Below the pieces are notes generated by a model. That model saw only the letters and a list, made by a program, of their open reading frames with translations, was not told the DNA's origin and did no database searches. A stretch of DNA of 57,987 bases, counting the filler, from Sphacelaria rigidula (taxonomy: Eukaryota): assembly GCA_964200075.2 (NCBI GenBank). It is 7 parts of 7 records of this genome, joined end to end, with 100 filler letters (N's around TTAATTAATTAA, not from the genome) between each part and the next. Parts side by side here need not be neighbours in the genome. Positions count along the whole stretch, not along the records: positions 24,897 to 33,094 come from CAXNAA020011942.1; positions 33,195 to 41,392 come from CAXNAA020011943.1; 5 more parts are not named here. One strand, given 5' to 3'. Position numbers and translations under genes: made by a program. Of the stretch, positions 25,025 through 37,817 are shown piece by piece. Position 1 is the first letter of the stretch. Each line of letters opens with the position of its first letter.

Positions 25025-25135
25025 CAGTGAGTAACGCTACGGTAAGGATACACAAATATTTTCCGAGGTTAGAGTTGTTAGGAGCCCTTCATCTCACCCA
25101 AAACACGACTTACGAAACTATGCGAGAGTACGACA
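25025..25135. repeat. Dispersed repeat family F (second copy at ~47285-47390)
   Basis: gctacggta...aatatttt..gaggttaga.ttgttaggagcccttcatctca...aaacacgac.ta.gaaa.tatg.gagagtacg is shared by both copies. Confidence 0.75.
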
Positions 25136-25918
25136 GGACTACTATTCCAATGTGCTGAGGATATCCCGAACAAATCTGCAAACGGGAATGCCCTGACCCG
25201 TATTCTTGTGCGTCTAGAACTGTTAGGAGCCCCTGAATCAGACAAACTTTTGCGAAAAAAGTGCACCCCTACCGTAGCATTGTTCCAGTCCTGTTGCGTG
25301 CAGTACAGAGGCTGTGCGTGCTCCGAATTGCATGAAACAGGCAACAGTGCTGACTCTTGTGTGCCCACTTCCCAGTTTGAAAATGGAAACGAACAACGCC
25401 TTGGGCAGAAAAAATGCGCGCTCTTCAAGTAAAAAACAAATAGAGAATGCAACAACAACAAATGGGGAGAAAGTGTCCCCTTCTTCGTCGTTGAGAACGC
25501 GACCCTCTTCCGGTCAAGTCAATCTCGCCCGATCACCTCCACTCCGCCATGACCTCAGGCGAAAACACTCGCGTGTATGTGGATTGGCCTCGGGTGGAAA
25601 TCACCATGAAACAAGATATCAATCGACCTACTCAACAGGCAGTAGTGCGACCCAAGTACCAACCGAGGCCAAGGAAGACTTCGCCCACCCTAACGTGCAG
25701 ACCACACAAATACGGCGTGTTCCAGGGACCAAAGGTTTTGAAACGCAGGGGGTACACCTTCGACATCACTCACTAGTTTACATTTAACAGCTGCAGGTGA
25801 ACAGTCATGGCATGAACAAATCACGAGTAGTGTCATTGCGTCATGCTCAGACGTCATGAACTTCATTCACGAGCCCCAAATGACGGACGATAGCAACAAA
25901 TCCGTCTCACCGAAAGGA

Positions 25919-26025
25919 AGAGACAGCGACAGAGATAAGGACAGACAGAGACAGAGACAAAGGCAGAGACAAAGGCAAAGATAGATACATGGACACAGAC
26001 AGAGATAGAGAGACACAGACAAACA
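25919..26025. repeat. Degenerate (GAGACA)n microsatellite
   Basis: acagagacagagacaaagg... visible directly. Confidence 0.85.
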
Positions 26026-29000
26026 GCGCGATGAGGCGAGAGATAAGGAAGAAACGGACACCCAGACAGCACATTCACACTCCCCTCAAACCAAGTTGCA
26101 TTTTCTTCTCTGGTTGTTCAATCGCTGTTCAAGAATGCGCATCGTCTATTGTCCGGCGTGCTCTTCACTGCTAAAAAATGTCCAATCAGTGCTCTCGTCG
26201 ATCAACATTTCCTCGTCAAAACATCAAGATGTCGACGAAGAAGGTACTACACAGAAGAGCAGCATTCCGACTTGCCCCCGCTGTTTCGGTGGCATGAACG
26301 GTCAAGCTGATCACCTCCCTGACCGCCGCCGTCGCAAAATTTGTGCTGTTGTCCACCTAGCGGTAGGGTTTACGTTTGTCCATCAAAGTAGAGCATCGTC
26401 GTATGATCAGGATTCACCGTCGCTGAGATGCGTATCCTACACAGACCAACAGCCCCAAGCGCTTGCCAGCGTACGCAGCAAACGCGTTGTTTCTTGCACG
26501 CTATGCCTACAATCTGAAGCGCTGTAACTGCGCGCTCTTTGGCTAGGGTATCACGTGCTCCTCCCTTGCATGAGGGTCCTCGGTCTCTGTGTGGTTAGGA
26601 TTGGGGATCAGGTCAGGGTTGGGCGTTATATTAGTGTTTTTGAAACGTGTCGACCATAGATAGACCACTGTACTTTTCATGACGACGATCTCGCGTAAAC
26701 CTGTTTCCCACCTAGTTGTAAGCCAGTTTCCACCACTTCATGTTCATGTAAGCAGCCACGCAGGCCATAAACTTCGCTGGTTCTCGTGTGGCGCTGATGT
26801 TCACGAAACAAAGCAACGACATCATCCATCCCGAACTCCGCAGTTGTTGGTTACCTCATCCATTTGGGATCAAAGTCATTACAAGCCCATCGAGCTCACG
26901 TAGTTCTTCGCGACAGAGTGAAAATAACGCCGTCGTACACACACCGAACTGAGATCAAGTGGCAAGATAAGCGATACCCCACTGAAACCGAGCACCTTAC
27001 CACCCATACCAAGACGGAGTACCGTCTGTGCGGGAAAATGGTATAGAAATCCCTTAGTTTTTTCTCGAGGCCTCTACTCAGTATGCGTCTTACGCGCAAA
27101 ACGTACGGATGAACTGAAATCAAGATGGCAAGCGCGTTCGATAACGTACAAGACGCGTACGGAGTAGACCCATCAATTCTCGGCTGAGACTACATAAACG
27201 AAGCTCCCAGGCAAACTGCAAGTGCACGTGTTGTCTATATTCTGTACTATGCAACATCATGCACGCGACTTCGTAAGAGCATCGTACCAATTGCTAGCCG
27301 ATAATCACCGCTGTCACCATGCCTCCAGGGGCTCAATACCAAACTCTCGAGTATCGAAAGGAACGGACGACACCACCTCTGAAGCACACCACAACATGCA
27401 GCGGCACTGACAGCCCACCATGGTGTAAGCGAGGGGCCCCACATCGGGAAATCACGGCTTCCATGTCGAGGAGGACCCGAGGTGATGCGATTGATCGTTT
27501 AATTCCGTATATCTGTTGAGAAACGGGAAGAATAGGGTTTTTGCACAGCTGATGTGGTCATTTCCTCACTCTCGACCCTTTGGGGGGGGAGGGGGGGGGG
27601 TGGCCCTGGTGCCGTGATTTCACGACGTGGGGCCCCTTGGTGTGAGAAGTCCTTCATCACCTCGGAGACTCCAAAGAACGATGAGAACGAAAGTCGCTAC
27701 ACATCGTACTATGCAGAATATGCCAGCAAACGCGACGTACATTTATTCACATGTGTTGGAATTATGTTGTGATTGTTTTGCGTCACTCAGTACGACGACA
27801 GCATATTTTACTGGATATGTCCCCAGCGCGACGCAGTTCCACTTTCATGTCCTACAGTTCACTGTGTGTGTCGTTTCTCCGTGCGGCAACAGTCGACTCG
27901 CCAGTCCTCATCCAGATACCTTTTCTTGGATCCCACATACACACAGCCCGGCCTATAAAAATATGACTACAGCACCACACAAATGACTGCAGGGGTGAAA
28001 ATTGCAGCACCTTCCACCCTCCTCTTAGCGAACCCTTTCACTCATGTACAGCCACAAATATACAGTGACGTCTAGCACAGTATAGTACAGTATAGTGGAG
28101 CCATCCAAACCAGAAAGTCGACCAACCGGACAACTGAAAACACCCACAACGCCCTTCACGCTCACTACAACTAGTATGTTGTTCCACCAACAACAATAAC
28201 CCATACAGTGCAATGCAACCATGCAAACAAATAAACGACCACTCAGACAAGTGTGGACAGTTTTCATATTTTCTCTCCGGTGCCGGATTGATTATCTAGG
28301 ATAGACAGTTTTGACAGGTAATGAACAGCATCGTAACCACAGCCCTCTGACCACGCACGACCAAAGACAAAATAACCACGCTTGACACGCATGTGAGTAG
28401 ACAACCCCTGGTGTGAACCCTACACAAAAAATAGCCCCCGTCAGTATCACCATAACGTTCCGGCCAACTACAACTGGATCAATACGAGGGAAACGGCCAT
28501 CTACATACATTAAGGCGTAAATCTAGATACAGTAAGGCGTGAAAGAGAATGCTCGAAGTCAATGAGTGCGGCTAACTTCTTTGCCTGATAATTCCATACA
28601 GTTGAAAACAACCCCTCTCTCAATTACCACACACACACGACCTCGCCATCAACCCCAATCCCATCCGCTCCGCGACCAGCTGTTTCTCACCCTACAACCG
28701 AACGGAGTCCCCAACCCATGCATTACAAACACTTGTGTTCGAATGGAAAAATTGAAGGCAAACGGTTTGTAAATACTTTGCTCTCTGCACACCACAAGGT
28801 AAACCACGAACCACGAACCACGAACCCCCTCCCCGTCCCCCCTTCTCAATAAAGCAAGTTAAAAGCAGGCACATCGTGCGCAGACAAGGTGTCGTAAAAG
28901 TTACCATCCACACTACTGGGCCACCTCATACATACACCCGCTGTTTTCGTTTGTCGCATATGCACTCGGTGGTCGATTCGCCGCAAATGCCCCAGAAGCA

Positions 29001-29515
29001 CGATCAAGAAAACATGACAACGTGCAGTAGACCCCACTCACAGACCAATAGAAAATCAACGCAGTGCAGACTGAAGAGATTTCTGGTTCATCAACATACG
29101 CTGTCTTTCATCGTGACCCCGGCCTACCTCGCCACGTCTGCCCGCCTGTTCTAGGTATGCAACATTCGGGGGATTCTTCAACCGTTTGGGGTGACAAAAG
29201 ATAACACGCTACGGACGGCACCACCCAACCTTCTGTGACGTAGCCGTAACGTAGCCATCTGCTCGAACCCTTACGTGTACGGGCCTTGTAGCATCCTCTA
29301 CTTCTTGCCGGAATGTTCCCCAGAATTTCCCGCCGTCTCCATCATACACACGCTCCCAGACTCCCTCCCTTTCCTCTTCCTTCTTTGCAGGCGGCGTCAC
29401 CGGTATGAGAATAGGTACCCGAGGAGACACGAGAACCATGCCTGTCCCCCAACCAACTAGCTGAAACTCCCTTTGCCCTCAAGTCCCACAGCCATCGTTC
29501 CCTCCCCTGCACTGT

Positions 29516-31107
29516 TCAACCAGTTGCTGGGTTGGGGGGGGGGGCGAAGAAGGGAGGGGGCCCGGGGATCGTGCTGCCGCCGTTCCATGGTGCTGACATG
29601 GGCGGGTAACCGTGCGGGGTCCAGGTCCACCGCTGGCTGTGCGGGTGGTACGGTCCTGGGAACGGTGCAGGATGGACTGACAAGGGTGGTGTAGGGATGA
29701 GCTGGTGTGGGATCGGCTGTTGGTGTTCGAGATCGTGTTGTTGTGGCTGTTGAAGGTTGTATGTCCATTCTCCGGTCTCTTGATGTTGCCTGTGGTGGCG
29801 GCGGTGGCCAAGGGGAGGAGCAGCATAGGCAATGGCGTGATAACATGAGCGGGTTGGTAAGTAAGGTCTAGGTCTGGGCGAATTTTGGGGTGGATGTGAC
29901 CGGGGGCTGTTCGAAATCCGAAGAAGGTTACGTTTAACGCTCACACTACAAGAGTGGCATGATAACTCATGTTTGCTTGTCACGGACCCGTCATGATTCT
30001 TTTGTGCTCCTGAACGTGTACAACAGGTAAAATAGCATATTCTGCTGTTCGCGGCCTCACCACGCAGGGGAAAACTACTGTATATCCGAGCTAGAAGTAA
30101 CAAGGTATGCGATATGAAAACTAGGCACACGCCGATTGTGCGGCTTCCATGGAGTTTCTGGGAGGCACTGCATCGCGCACCCCATGCGGGGGTTCTCTAC
30201 TGTTGTTTCATCTCATAAATTCCCTCAGGCCATGTGCTATGGTATTCGACTTGTTTTTGCTGGAATCTTAGTTGTGGGACATTTGGCACAGTTCGCGGTC
30301 CCAGTGTAATGCGAGAGAGGACCGCGTGCTTGGAGGACCGCGCCGTAGTTCATAACACCGCAGGATCGACGTTTTCCAAAACCAATCGGGCCTGTCCCTG
30401 CCGGTACCACGCCCCTGACCATAACCCCAACACTAACTCTAACCCTGACCCTAACCATGGGGATGTTCAATCTCCGATGCAGTCCGCTGAGCACGCGGTC
30501 CTCTCACGCATTACACCAGAACAATACCGTAACTACTCGGGACATGAATCAATAATAGCGAACAACACTATGCAGCACCCTACACGGTGACATGAATCAA
30601 TAATAGCGAACTTTTGCGATCTTGCGCTTCTAAAAACATTCCGATGAGAACTGAAGACTAGATGTAGAGACGATGCGGAAAATGGAAACTTCGCGAGTCA
30701 TTACGTAACAAAAACTAAACACCACCACACGTGTTTTTACTTTCAGACGGCCTTTTGCTTAGAGGCCGCTCTTGAAACGCTGGAGCCGAGCGAATCTGGA
30801 AAGTGGGCTAGACTCCTCTCCGTGAGGTCATGTACAATGTCTACCACGAGTACTGACGAGATTTCCCGTTTGGGGCGGAAACTATCATGTGTACCCAATC
30901 TGAAAAGCTCATCTAACCATCATAGAGCCAGTCCCGAGAGATGCCCTCACGCTGCACTCTCCGTCGTACAAGCACCGTCGCACTGTGCTGTATGATGGAG
31001 TCAACCCTCAACTCACCAATATGGCCTGCCCTCTCCATCTCTGTAGCCGATCCAGGTACCCGGTGCCACCACAGACATGTCTTGGCCTTCCTTCTTGCCA
31101 GATTCAT
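29516..31107 (-). CDS. WW-domain, proline-rich protein (partial)
   Basis: Exon 31107-31017 (ESGKKEGQDMSVVAPGTWIGYRDGEGRPYW, donor gtgagt) splices in phase to an exon starting at 29789 (QHQETGEWTYNLQQPQ...PPPNPATG*). The join gives WIGYRDGEGRPYWQHQETGEWTY, a WW-domain pattern. A weak upstream exon candidate ends at 31602. Confidence 0.75.
30304..30516. mobile_element. MITE with 27-bp TIRs enclosing degenerate CCCTAA repeats
   Basis: gtgtaatgcgagagaggaccgcgtgct (30304-30330) pairs with agcacgcggtcctctcacgcattacac (30490-30516), one mismatch. Internal ccctgaccataaccccaacactaactctaaccctgaccctaacc. Confidence 0.8.
30763..30880. repeat. Single-arm fragment of foldback family A
   Basis: aggccgctcttgaaacg...agcgaatctggaaagtgggctagactcctctc matches an arm of family A. 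Confidence 0.65.
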
Positions 31108-32323
31108 CTGGATTTGTCATACGAAAACAAGCAGCAAGGAAACGGGTGTCACACAACAGCTCTACAGCAGCAACAGACCGAAACGCTGGACAGAACGCAG
31201 TGAGGCACGTAATGTGCGCGGAGTAATTGAGTCCTGTACTGCTGTATTTGGTAGTTGGAGGAATCTCAGAACACAAGAAGACAAGTTCGTCCGGCGATTA
31301 TGACGAATTTGGAGACGGTCCCTGACACACATACATGCCGATGAACGATCACGCGAGTTCATGCTTCGAAAGCAAAGGCGCGTGTGCGCTATGAGTACTC
31401 GCACACAACCCCAGCAACGCTATCTTATACTTCGGGGCGCAGCGCGCTGTGCTCGCCGCTCACCTAGTTCCGGAGGTGATTCCCGTGATGTCTTGGCCGG
31501 TCGTATTTTGATGCAGCCTCTAAATAAACCGCGCTTGCCGAACAGAGGCATGCCGTCTCTTGACGCCTGTGTGCTTCCCTTCTGCTGTCTTTCCTCTTTA
31601 CCGGTCGCCCTTTTCTGCTGAGCAACTGAGAAATTGAGAAGCAGTTTTCTCTCTTTGCAACCGTGTCAGTGTCCTATGATGTGGTTGTGAGTGATGAGAG
31701 AGGGTCTCACCATGCTTAGCCACTTTGATAGTGCGGGATGACACGCCACACCCGAAACAGTTTTGCGCTGAAATTTCCCAGCGAATTATCTAGTCAAGAG
31801 AACCGCTCCACGGCTCCGGTTTCTTCCTCGCACACACGCCTCCATAGTGGTCAGCCAGACAAACCTTCCCAGACAGACTGTATAGGCCAGATATACATGG
31901 GCCGTTTGCGCGTTGTGAGTGAATGAGCAAGCAACAGCCCAGTCAGGTATAAGTGCTCATAGAGCGCTACTCCCCTACTGCTCTGCTTGCTCCCGTAGCA
32001 CAACGTTGGTCGAGAGCATCCTCCTTGTTGTCCTACGTAGCAATCTGTACGCAGCATACGCACAGGGTATACGTTCGGTGTCTCGTGTTACTGTTGTTGT
32101 CCTGATCTTTTCTGGAAGTCTGCGCCTACTTCGCATGCGTCCCTCTGAACGTGGATGGATGATTGTTTCGATTTTCAATTGCCGTGCGCGCTCAGCAGTG
32201 GCTCTGCTCGATGATCTCTGGTCTCGGCAATTTTCATCGCAACCCGCGTAGAGGTTTCACCCGAGAGCCCATAATGAATAATATGATGCCCCGGAGCGCT
32301 TATTCTCGCGCAAAAAAGAGCTA

Positions 32324-33094
32324 CGAGCTGGGCCAGCCTAGAGGCGGATTTGAAGTTTGCAGGCCCATGCTCTTTTCTACATTCATTTAGAGTTGGGCCC
32401 TGAAATTTGGTATGGACAGTGCATAGGGCATAAGAAAAAAAATTACTCAAGTACCAAAAGAGTTTTTATTTTTTCATGAGTCAAGGGCATTTTGGTGATG
32501 CCTGAAAACCGATTATTGCCCTTAACTCATGAAAAGAAAAAAAAACTATTTTGATACTTCAGTAATTTTTTTTTCTTATGCCCCATGCACTGTCCATACC
32601 AAATTTCAGAGCCCACCTCTAAATGTATAAAAGAGCATGGGCCTATCAAAAACCGGGTCGGTAGAAATTCGGAACAGTGTTTTCCAGGCCACTCACCGGC
32701 CCACGTTTGGTTTTCGTGTATTGAAATTTGGTGTGGGTGCTCTCTAAGGCATAATTAACAAACAAATTGGGTCAGGTTCATTTTTTTTCTTTTATTCACT
32801 GGTTCAGAGCCTTCTACTATGTGGTCAGGACCAATTTTTCACGAGAACGTCCGAACCTCTATGAAAAAAACAAAAAATGAAGGCCCATTTTTTTTTTCTT
32901 CGGCACACTATTGTGGTTCCCCATGCTAATTTTCAAATCACAATTCTAGAAATTGAGCTACAACAGTGCGATAAGGCTTAAGAGCAACGTTCATTTTCCC
33001 TCAAAGCTCCACTGAAAACACGAAAAAAAATGAGAAAAAAATGAGAAAAGGTAGCAAGCCATTTTATTTTACTTTATTATGCACTAGCGGTCCA
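32324..33094. mobile_element. Tc1/mariner-like non-autonomous element family B, cut by a gap
   Basis: TA-CGAGCTGGGCCAGCC terminus; inverse homologue of ~45540-46113; internal inverted repeat. Confidence 0.8.
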
Positions 33095-33194
33095 NNNNNN
33101 NNNNNNNNNNNNNNNNNNNNNNNNNNNNNNNNNNNNNNTTAATTAATTAANNNNNNNNNNNNNNNNNNNNNNNNNNNNNNNNNNNNNNNNNNNN
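33095..33194. other. Assembly gap with artificial linker
   Basis: 100-bp N block with TTAATTAATTAA. Confidence 0.97.
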
Positions 33195-33821
33195 TGTGGG
33201 TGGGTGGGGCGGGGGCTCGGCGCGGCCGGGGGGGAGAAGGTAAGGCGAACCGTCCACCACGGAAACACTGCGTACTGGACGCACACCCTTGTTTTACTAC
33301 AGCAGTGGCTACGCCTTGATGAACATTCTCATTTTACTTTTTCTGATGGGCATTGTTTGCCTACGGCAGTGCAGGCTGCCGGTTCGTTGACCTACGCACA
33401 AAAGGCAGTGTTTTGTCTCTGTATCCTATCCAGGCTTGCTCAATTCGTTGCGCCCCGGGGTGGCTTAGTCGACATCACCGTTACTGGGATTTTGAACTGT
33501 GGTACCCTGGCGCGATCATAGCGTTGAGCCCCCAGTAGGACAGACCGGCAAATTGTGGTGGATAGAAGAGAGTGATTTTGATATAAAACGCTATTTATAG
33601 TGCATTTATGCGCTACAAGCTTTGTTCGGAGTTTTTCTCTTGAATGGTGCAGATTGGAATGCTGTTCCGAAATGATCTACCGTCACCACTGCCGCATCGT
33701 GCAGCTGAGTAATTCATAGTGGTCATTTAGGGGAAGCCAGGATAACTCTGGCCAAAGGAAAGTTTTGTGCTGTTGCTTTCGAATTTTGTCGTACTATGCA
33801 CTCCTGCCCCCAACCCAGCTT

Positions 33822-33899
33822 GGGGGGGGGGGGCGTACTCATTTGTTGCTTGCCTTGGTCGTTTGACCATTAACCACGCATCCCTCTCGAGACGGAGCA
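33822..33899 (-). repeat. Family D copy (shorter)
   Basis: G12 followed by cgtactcatttgttgcttgccttggtcgtttgacc...gagacggagca. Confidence 0.8.
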
Positions 33900-34635
33900 A
33901 TCCTCACGTACCCGACCGATGGCTCCCATCTTGAGATTGCGCTGAGCACAGTCGCACCGAAACTCAGAAAACATCGATTCGCGATTGTGTCACCAACTGA
34001 TAGTCGCACCACACCCGTCTTCTCATAAACCTCGACTTCAGTCCAGACACCGTTATTGTCACTTCACTGTGGATGCACTTGCCCTTGAACCTTACTGCTT
34101 CTCCCGCACTGAACTGTCTCACCTGACTCATTACACAGGCAATCTTGCAGGTCAAAGTGTCTGGAAATGGCTTCTAGATACTGCAACCACTGTCAACATC
34201 TGAGGAAATTCTTCCCGTTCCTGCACTAAACATCGATTCTTCCCGAACACAGAATCGAGCCTTTTAGCTTTTTTGAGGCGAAAAGTATGAATATCACGCA
34301 AGAATCGTGAACAAGAAAGAAGGGAAATATTGTGAAAACCTGAACTTCTGTGATTTCCGAATGATTTTTCAAATAAACGGAGGGTCGAAAGAAGAGAGTT
34401 GACATAAAAGGGGGGGGGGGGGGGGGCGGGAGGGCGCAACCCCCTTCGCAACCGTGCATAGTCTAGCAACGACCGAAAGCCTTGTCGAGAGTGGTCGTTA
34501 TCACATACATACAAAATTCAAAGGAACACGTTTTTATTGTGGCTATTCGAGAAACTGATGAAGCCGGTCAAAATTAAAGCCGGGATCAGGAAAGTGCGCT
34601 ATTATAGAGTTTCGGAAAACGTTTTTTCCGATTTT

Positions 34636-35125
34636 AAGGCGGATGTAATGGCACACAGATTTTTGGCCCATGGAGTGTTCACTTTTGGGACGTTTGAGCC
34701 ACTTTTTTACCCCCAAACAGGGAAAATCGCCAACACACGTGATGAACATTTTGCATCACCCCACAGAGGGTACCCTAGCCCACTTTTTAGATTCGCTTGG
34801 CTGTAACGTTTCGAGAGCGGCCGCTGAACAATAATCCGTGTGCAATAAAATCTACGGCGATTTCCACAGAATATTGGGCAAACTGGCGGGGGTCGGCAAG
34901 GACAGATTTTTGCACACGAATTTTTGTTCAGCGGCCAATCTCGAAACCTCGGAGTCAAGCGAATCTGAAAAGCAGACTAGGCTCCTCTCTGTGGGGTAAT
35001 AATGGAAAGTGTCCGAGACGTGTGTTGGCGATTTTTCCCTGTTTGGGGGTCAAAAAGTGGGTCAAACGTCCAAAAAGTGAACAATCCGTGGACCAAAAAA
35101 TCTGTATGCTCTTACATTCGGCCTT
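34636..35125. mobile_element. Foldback/MITE family A, copy 2
   Basis: Inverted arms of ~200 bp, highly similar to 7421-7863. Confidence 0.85.
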
Positions 35126-36495
35126 TGAGTCAGAGTGGAACGAAAAATTGCCGGTAACGGTGCACATTCCACTCTGTTTTTTTCCACAGTAATTTTTTCG
35201 AGTGAGAGTGCCGTTTGCCCGTCTTCACTCTAAAAATCGTTGTCCATCACAGCTGAAAACCGCAAGGTGGGGCATCCATCATCCGTCACAGCTGCCATGC
35301 TCATCACAATGGGCCATTCACGGAGTAGAAAAGCTTGGCGTCGCAATCAGAAGACCTCGCTGACGCCGCCATGGTACAGTATCAGCATTCGCTTGGTTGT
35401 GGTACGTGCAAATTCAAGTGCTCGGCGGTTACACGACGTTGTGTTGGGTACAGTTCCTCACTCTTGCTAGCTTCAGCTGTAAGAAGACGGTGTGAGCGAT
35501 TCGTGGTCTACAGCGCACAAGCAGTACTACACGTGGGTGCATTTCGATCCCGTAAAAGGTCATGAAGTGTTGCACCACCGTTATGCGTGGCATGTGGAAA
35601 GATCATCACCGTGCGGCCTTGCCTGTCGTTTGGAAGTGCTGCGTGCTGTACCGTACAACTGAGTGTCGGTACTGTATCGCTGTAGTTCACCGTACCGCAA
35701 TGCACTGTACTGTTGTAGGGTTTGGCATCGCACTCTTTGAAAAGCACTGTCTGTACTCCACACTGCACAGCATTACAGTGCCCTGTAGTGCGTCGTGGTG
35801 GATTGAAGTACAGCAGGTGCTGTGAAGCGTACCGTACGGTACGTACGGTGCCACAGGGAAAGGTACAGTCTGTGCTATGCCGACCTATGCACTTTCGAAG
35901 TGGACGCTGGTCGATCGTACATATGGCGGGGCAACCTGCGGCCAATCACTGCGACAAAAAAGTCAGATCAAGCCACGTTACATCATCTTCCGCTATGAAC
36001 GTTTTAGCGTCCTCTCTGAAGTTCCAAAGCTTCCACTCTGCACTCTGACTCTATGATGGGAAGAAACATCTCCCGAAACCCTCTACTGTACTGTAAATGT
36101 AAAATCCTCTTTCCTGGAAAGTACTGTATAGCAAATCTTTCCCAGGCGGCACAATCCGCCGTGGCCCGTATTCCGGCAAAAACTGGCGGTGAGTCGGCAA
36201 TAAAGGCGTAATTTTAATGGAGAGATCTTTTTTCGGTACCCCCAGAAGTGATCTTAGTACTGGATATGTTCCACGTATGTGAATGTTTGTGCGGTTCATT
36301 GAAAAGTGCCGCCGTTCAGTTTCACAGTAAAGCACAGGACCGCCCCGCCACTGGCCGGAACAACATATTGCGAACGGTAGTGTAGTGCTTGGTCGAGCAA
36401 CATCTCACAGCCACATTGGCTGTCGGCATGATACCTGTCAAAAGATGAATGTAGCTGAGGGCACACAACAATACCGTACAGTACGACAGTGTCAA

Positions 36496-36740
36496 CCCTG
36501 TGATGGCGAGGGTCGGTCACCTGCTGAATCGGTGTCAAGTTCAATTGAAACAAGTATCCGCGATCCAGATGGACTACCCTCGCGGTCCAAGGGTTAACCC
36601 TGTGACGGCGACGGTCGATCACCTGCTGAACCGGCGTCAATTTCAGGTGGAAAAAAAATATCCCTGATCCACATGAACTACCCGCATCGGGATCTAAGGG
36701 CCAACCCCTTGACGGCGAGGGTGGGTTATGTGTTTGATTG
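36496..36740. mobile_element. Tandem ~100-bp piggyBac-like mini-elements
   Basis: CCCT...AGGG units at 36496-36593 and 36598-36700 joined by TTAA; a third unit starts at 36705. A solo copy lies at 38689-38786, preceded by TTAA. Confidence 0.72.
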
Positions 36741-36965
36741 GCTTCATTGCCATCTACGAAAAGTACGTATAACCCGTCAGACGGACTGGAGCACCCACCC
36801 TCACGACCGAAGGTTTAGACGATGCGGTCCCTACCAGTACCGTACAGTACCATTTTCACCACTTTCAGGTACACCACTACTGGGAGGTGCAGGCCTGATG
36901 TTCGGGGTGAGATGCATTGGCAATATAAACGGGAAAAATGAGGTTCGAGTTTCATCATACTCGTA

Positions 36966-37586
36966 CGAGCTGGGCCAGCCAAGAGTAGGCATGAACCTCG
37001 CTCACGCGACGCGCGGCGCGATATTTGGGGTTAGACGCTGAAATTTTGACAGCAACTTTTTATGATCAAAATGCAGAAAATCACGGATGCAGCAAACAAA
37101 AAAATGAAAATTAAGGAAGTTATGGGAATTCGAAATTTCGGGGGAAAAAACAGATAATGTCATAAGTCCAGGAAAAAAGAAGAGAATCTTCAGCTGGAGT
37201 CGTCAAGTATGAGATCCTTGGGTGCAGAAGGTCTTCCCAAAAATTCATCTCAAGACTCGTCGAATTGGGCCGTGCGTTCGACATTTTTCGTGAAGCTGCT
37301 GCACCCCACTAATATCCAGTGCGGGGTGATTTCTTACGTGAACCCGCCGCATTGAAAAAAAAAACGCACTCCGGCACGCTATCGCTCAACGATATCAGAT
37401 CCACCCCGTACTCTATGCAGTATAATAACGTCATCGGCAATACGACGCCAATCGAACAGTAGTGCAGTTCTTTGTCATCGGGTGGGTCAGCGGTTCACAG
37501 TGATATGCTCACATCGGGTTCATTCGGGAAACCGGGGAAGCTGTGGTGTGAGCAAGTTTTAGTAGCTTTTACGCTGGCCCAGCTCG
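36966..37586. mobile_element. Family B-type MITE (same TIR, different interior)
   Basis: ta|CGAGCTGGGCCAGC ... GCTGGCCCAGCTCG|aa, a 14-bp perfect TIR. Confidence 0.8.
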
Positions 37587-37817
37587 AATACGGCCGCTCC
37601 TTTTTACGGAAAACAAGGGGAAAAGGTCCTGCAAAAATGCTTTCTTGGTTCTTCGTTGTTTGACGCCGCAAAAGAGAGTTTCTTCCCCCCCCCTCCCCCC
37701 CCATGGCTGCCACAGAATGAGGGTTGATTTAGTGCGATAGGGGTGAAATGAACGAAGCAGGGTTCAGATATTTTCCTCCCCCTCCCGTCTCCCTTTTTGT
37801 TTTCCATCTTTATGAAG

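Noticed and set aside
35640..35875. TACAGT/ACTGTA-rich stretch (also ~140-460, ~2500-2570, ~51310-51395) as a structured element
   Set aside because: Low-complexity cryptic repeats with no definable unit or boundaries.
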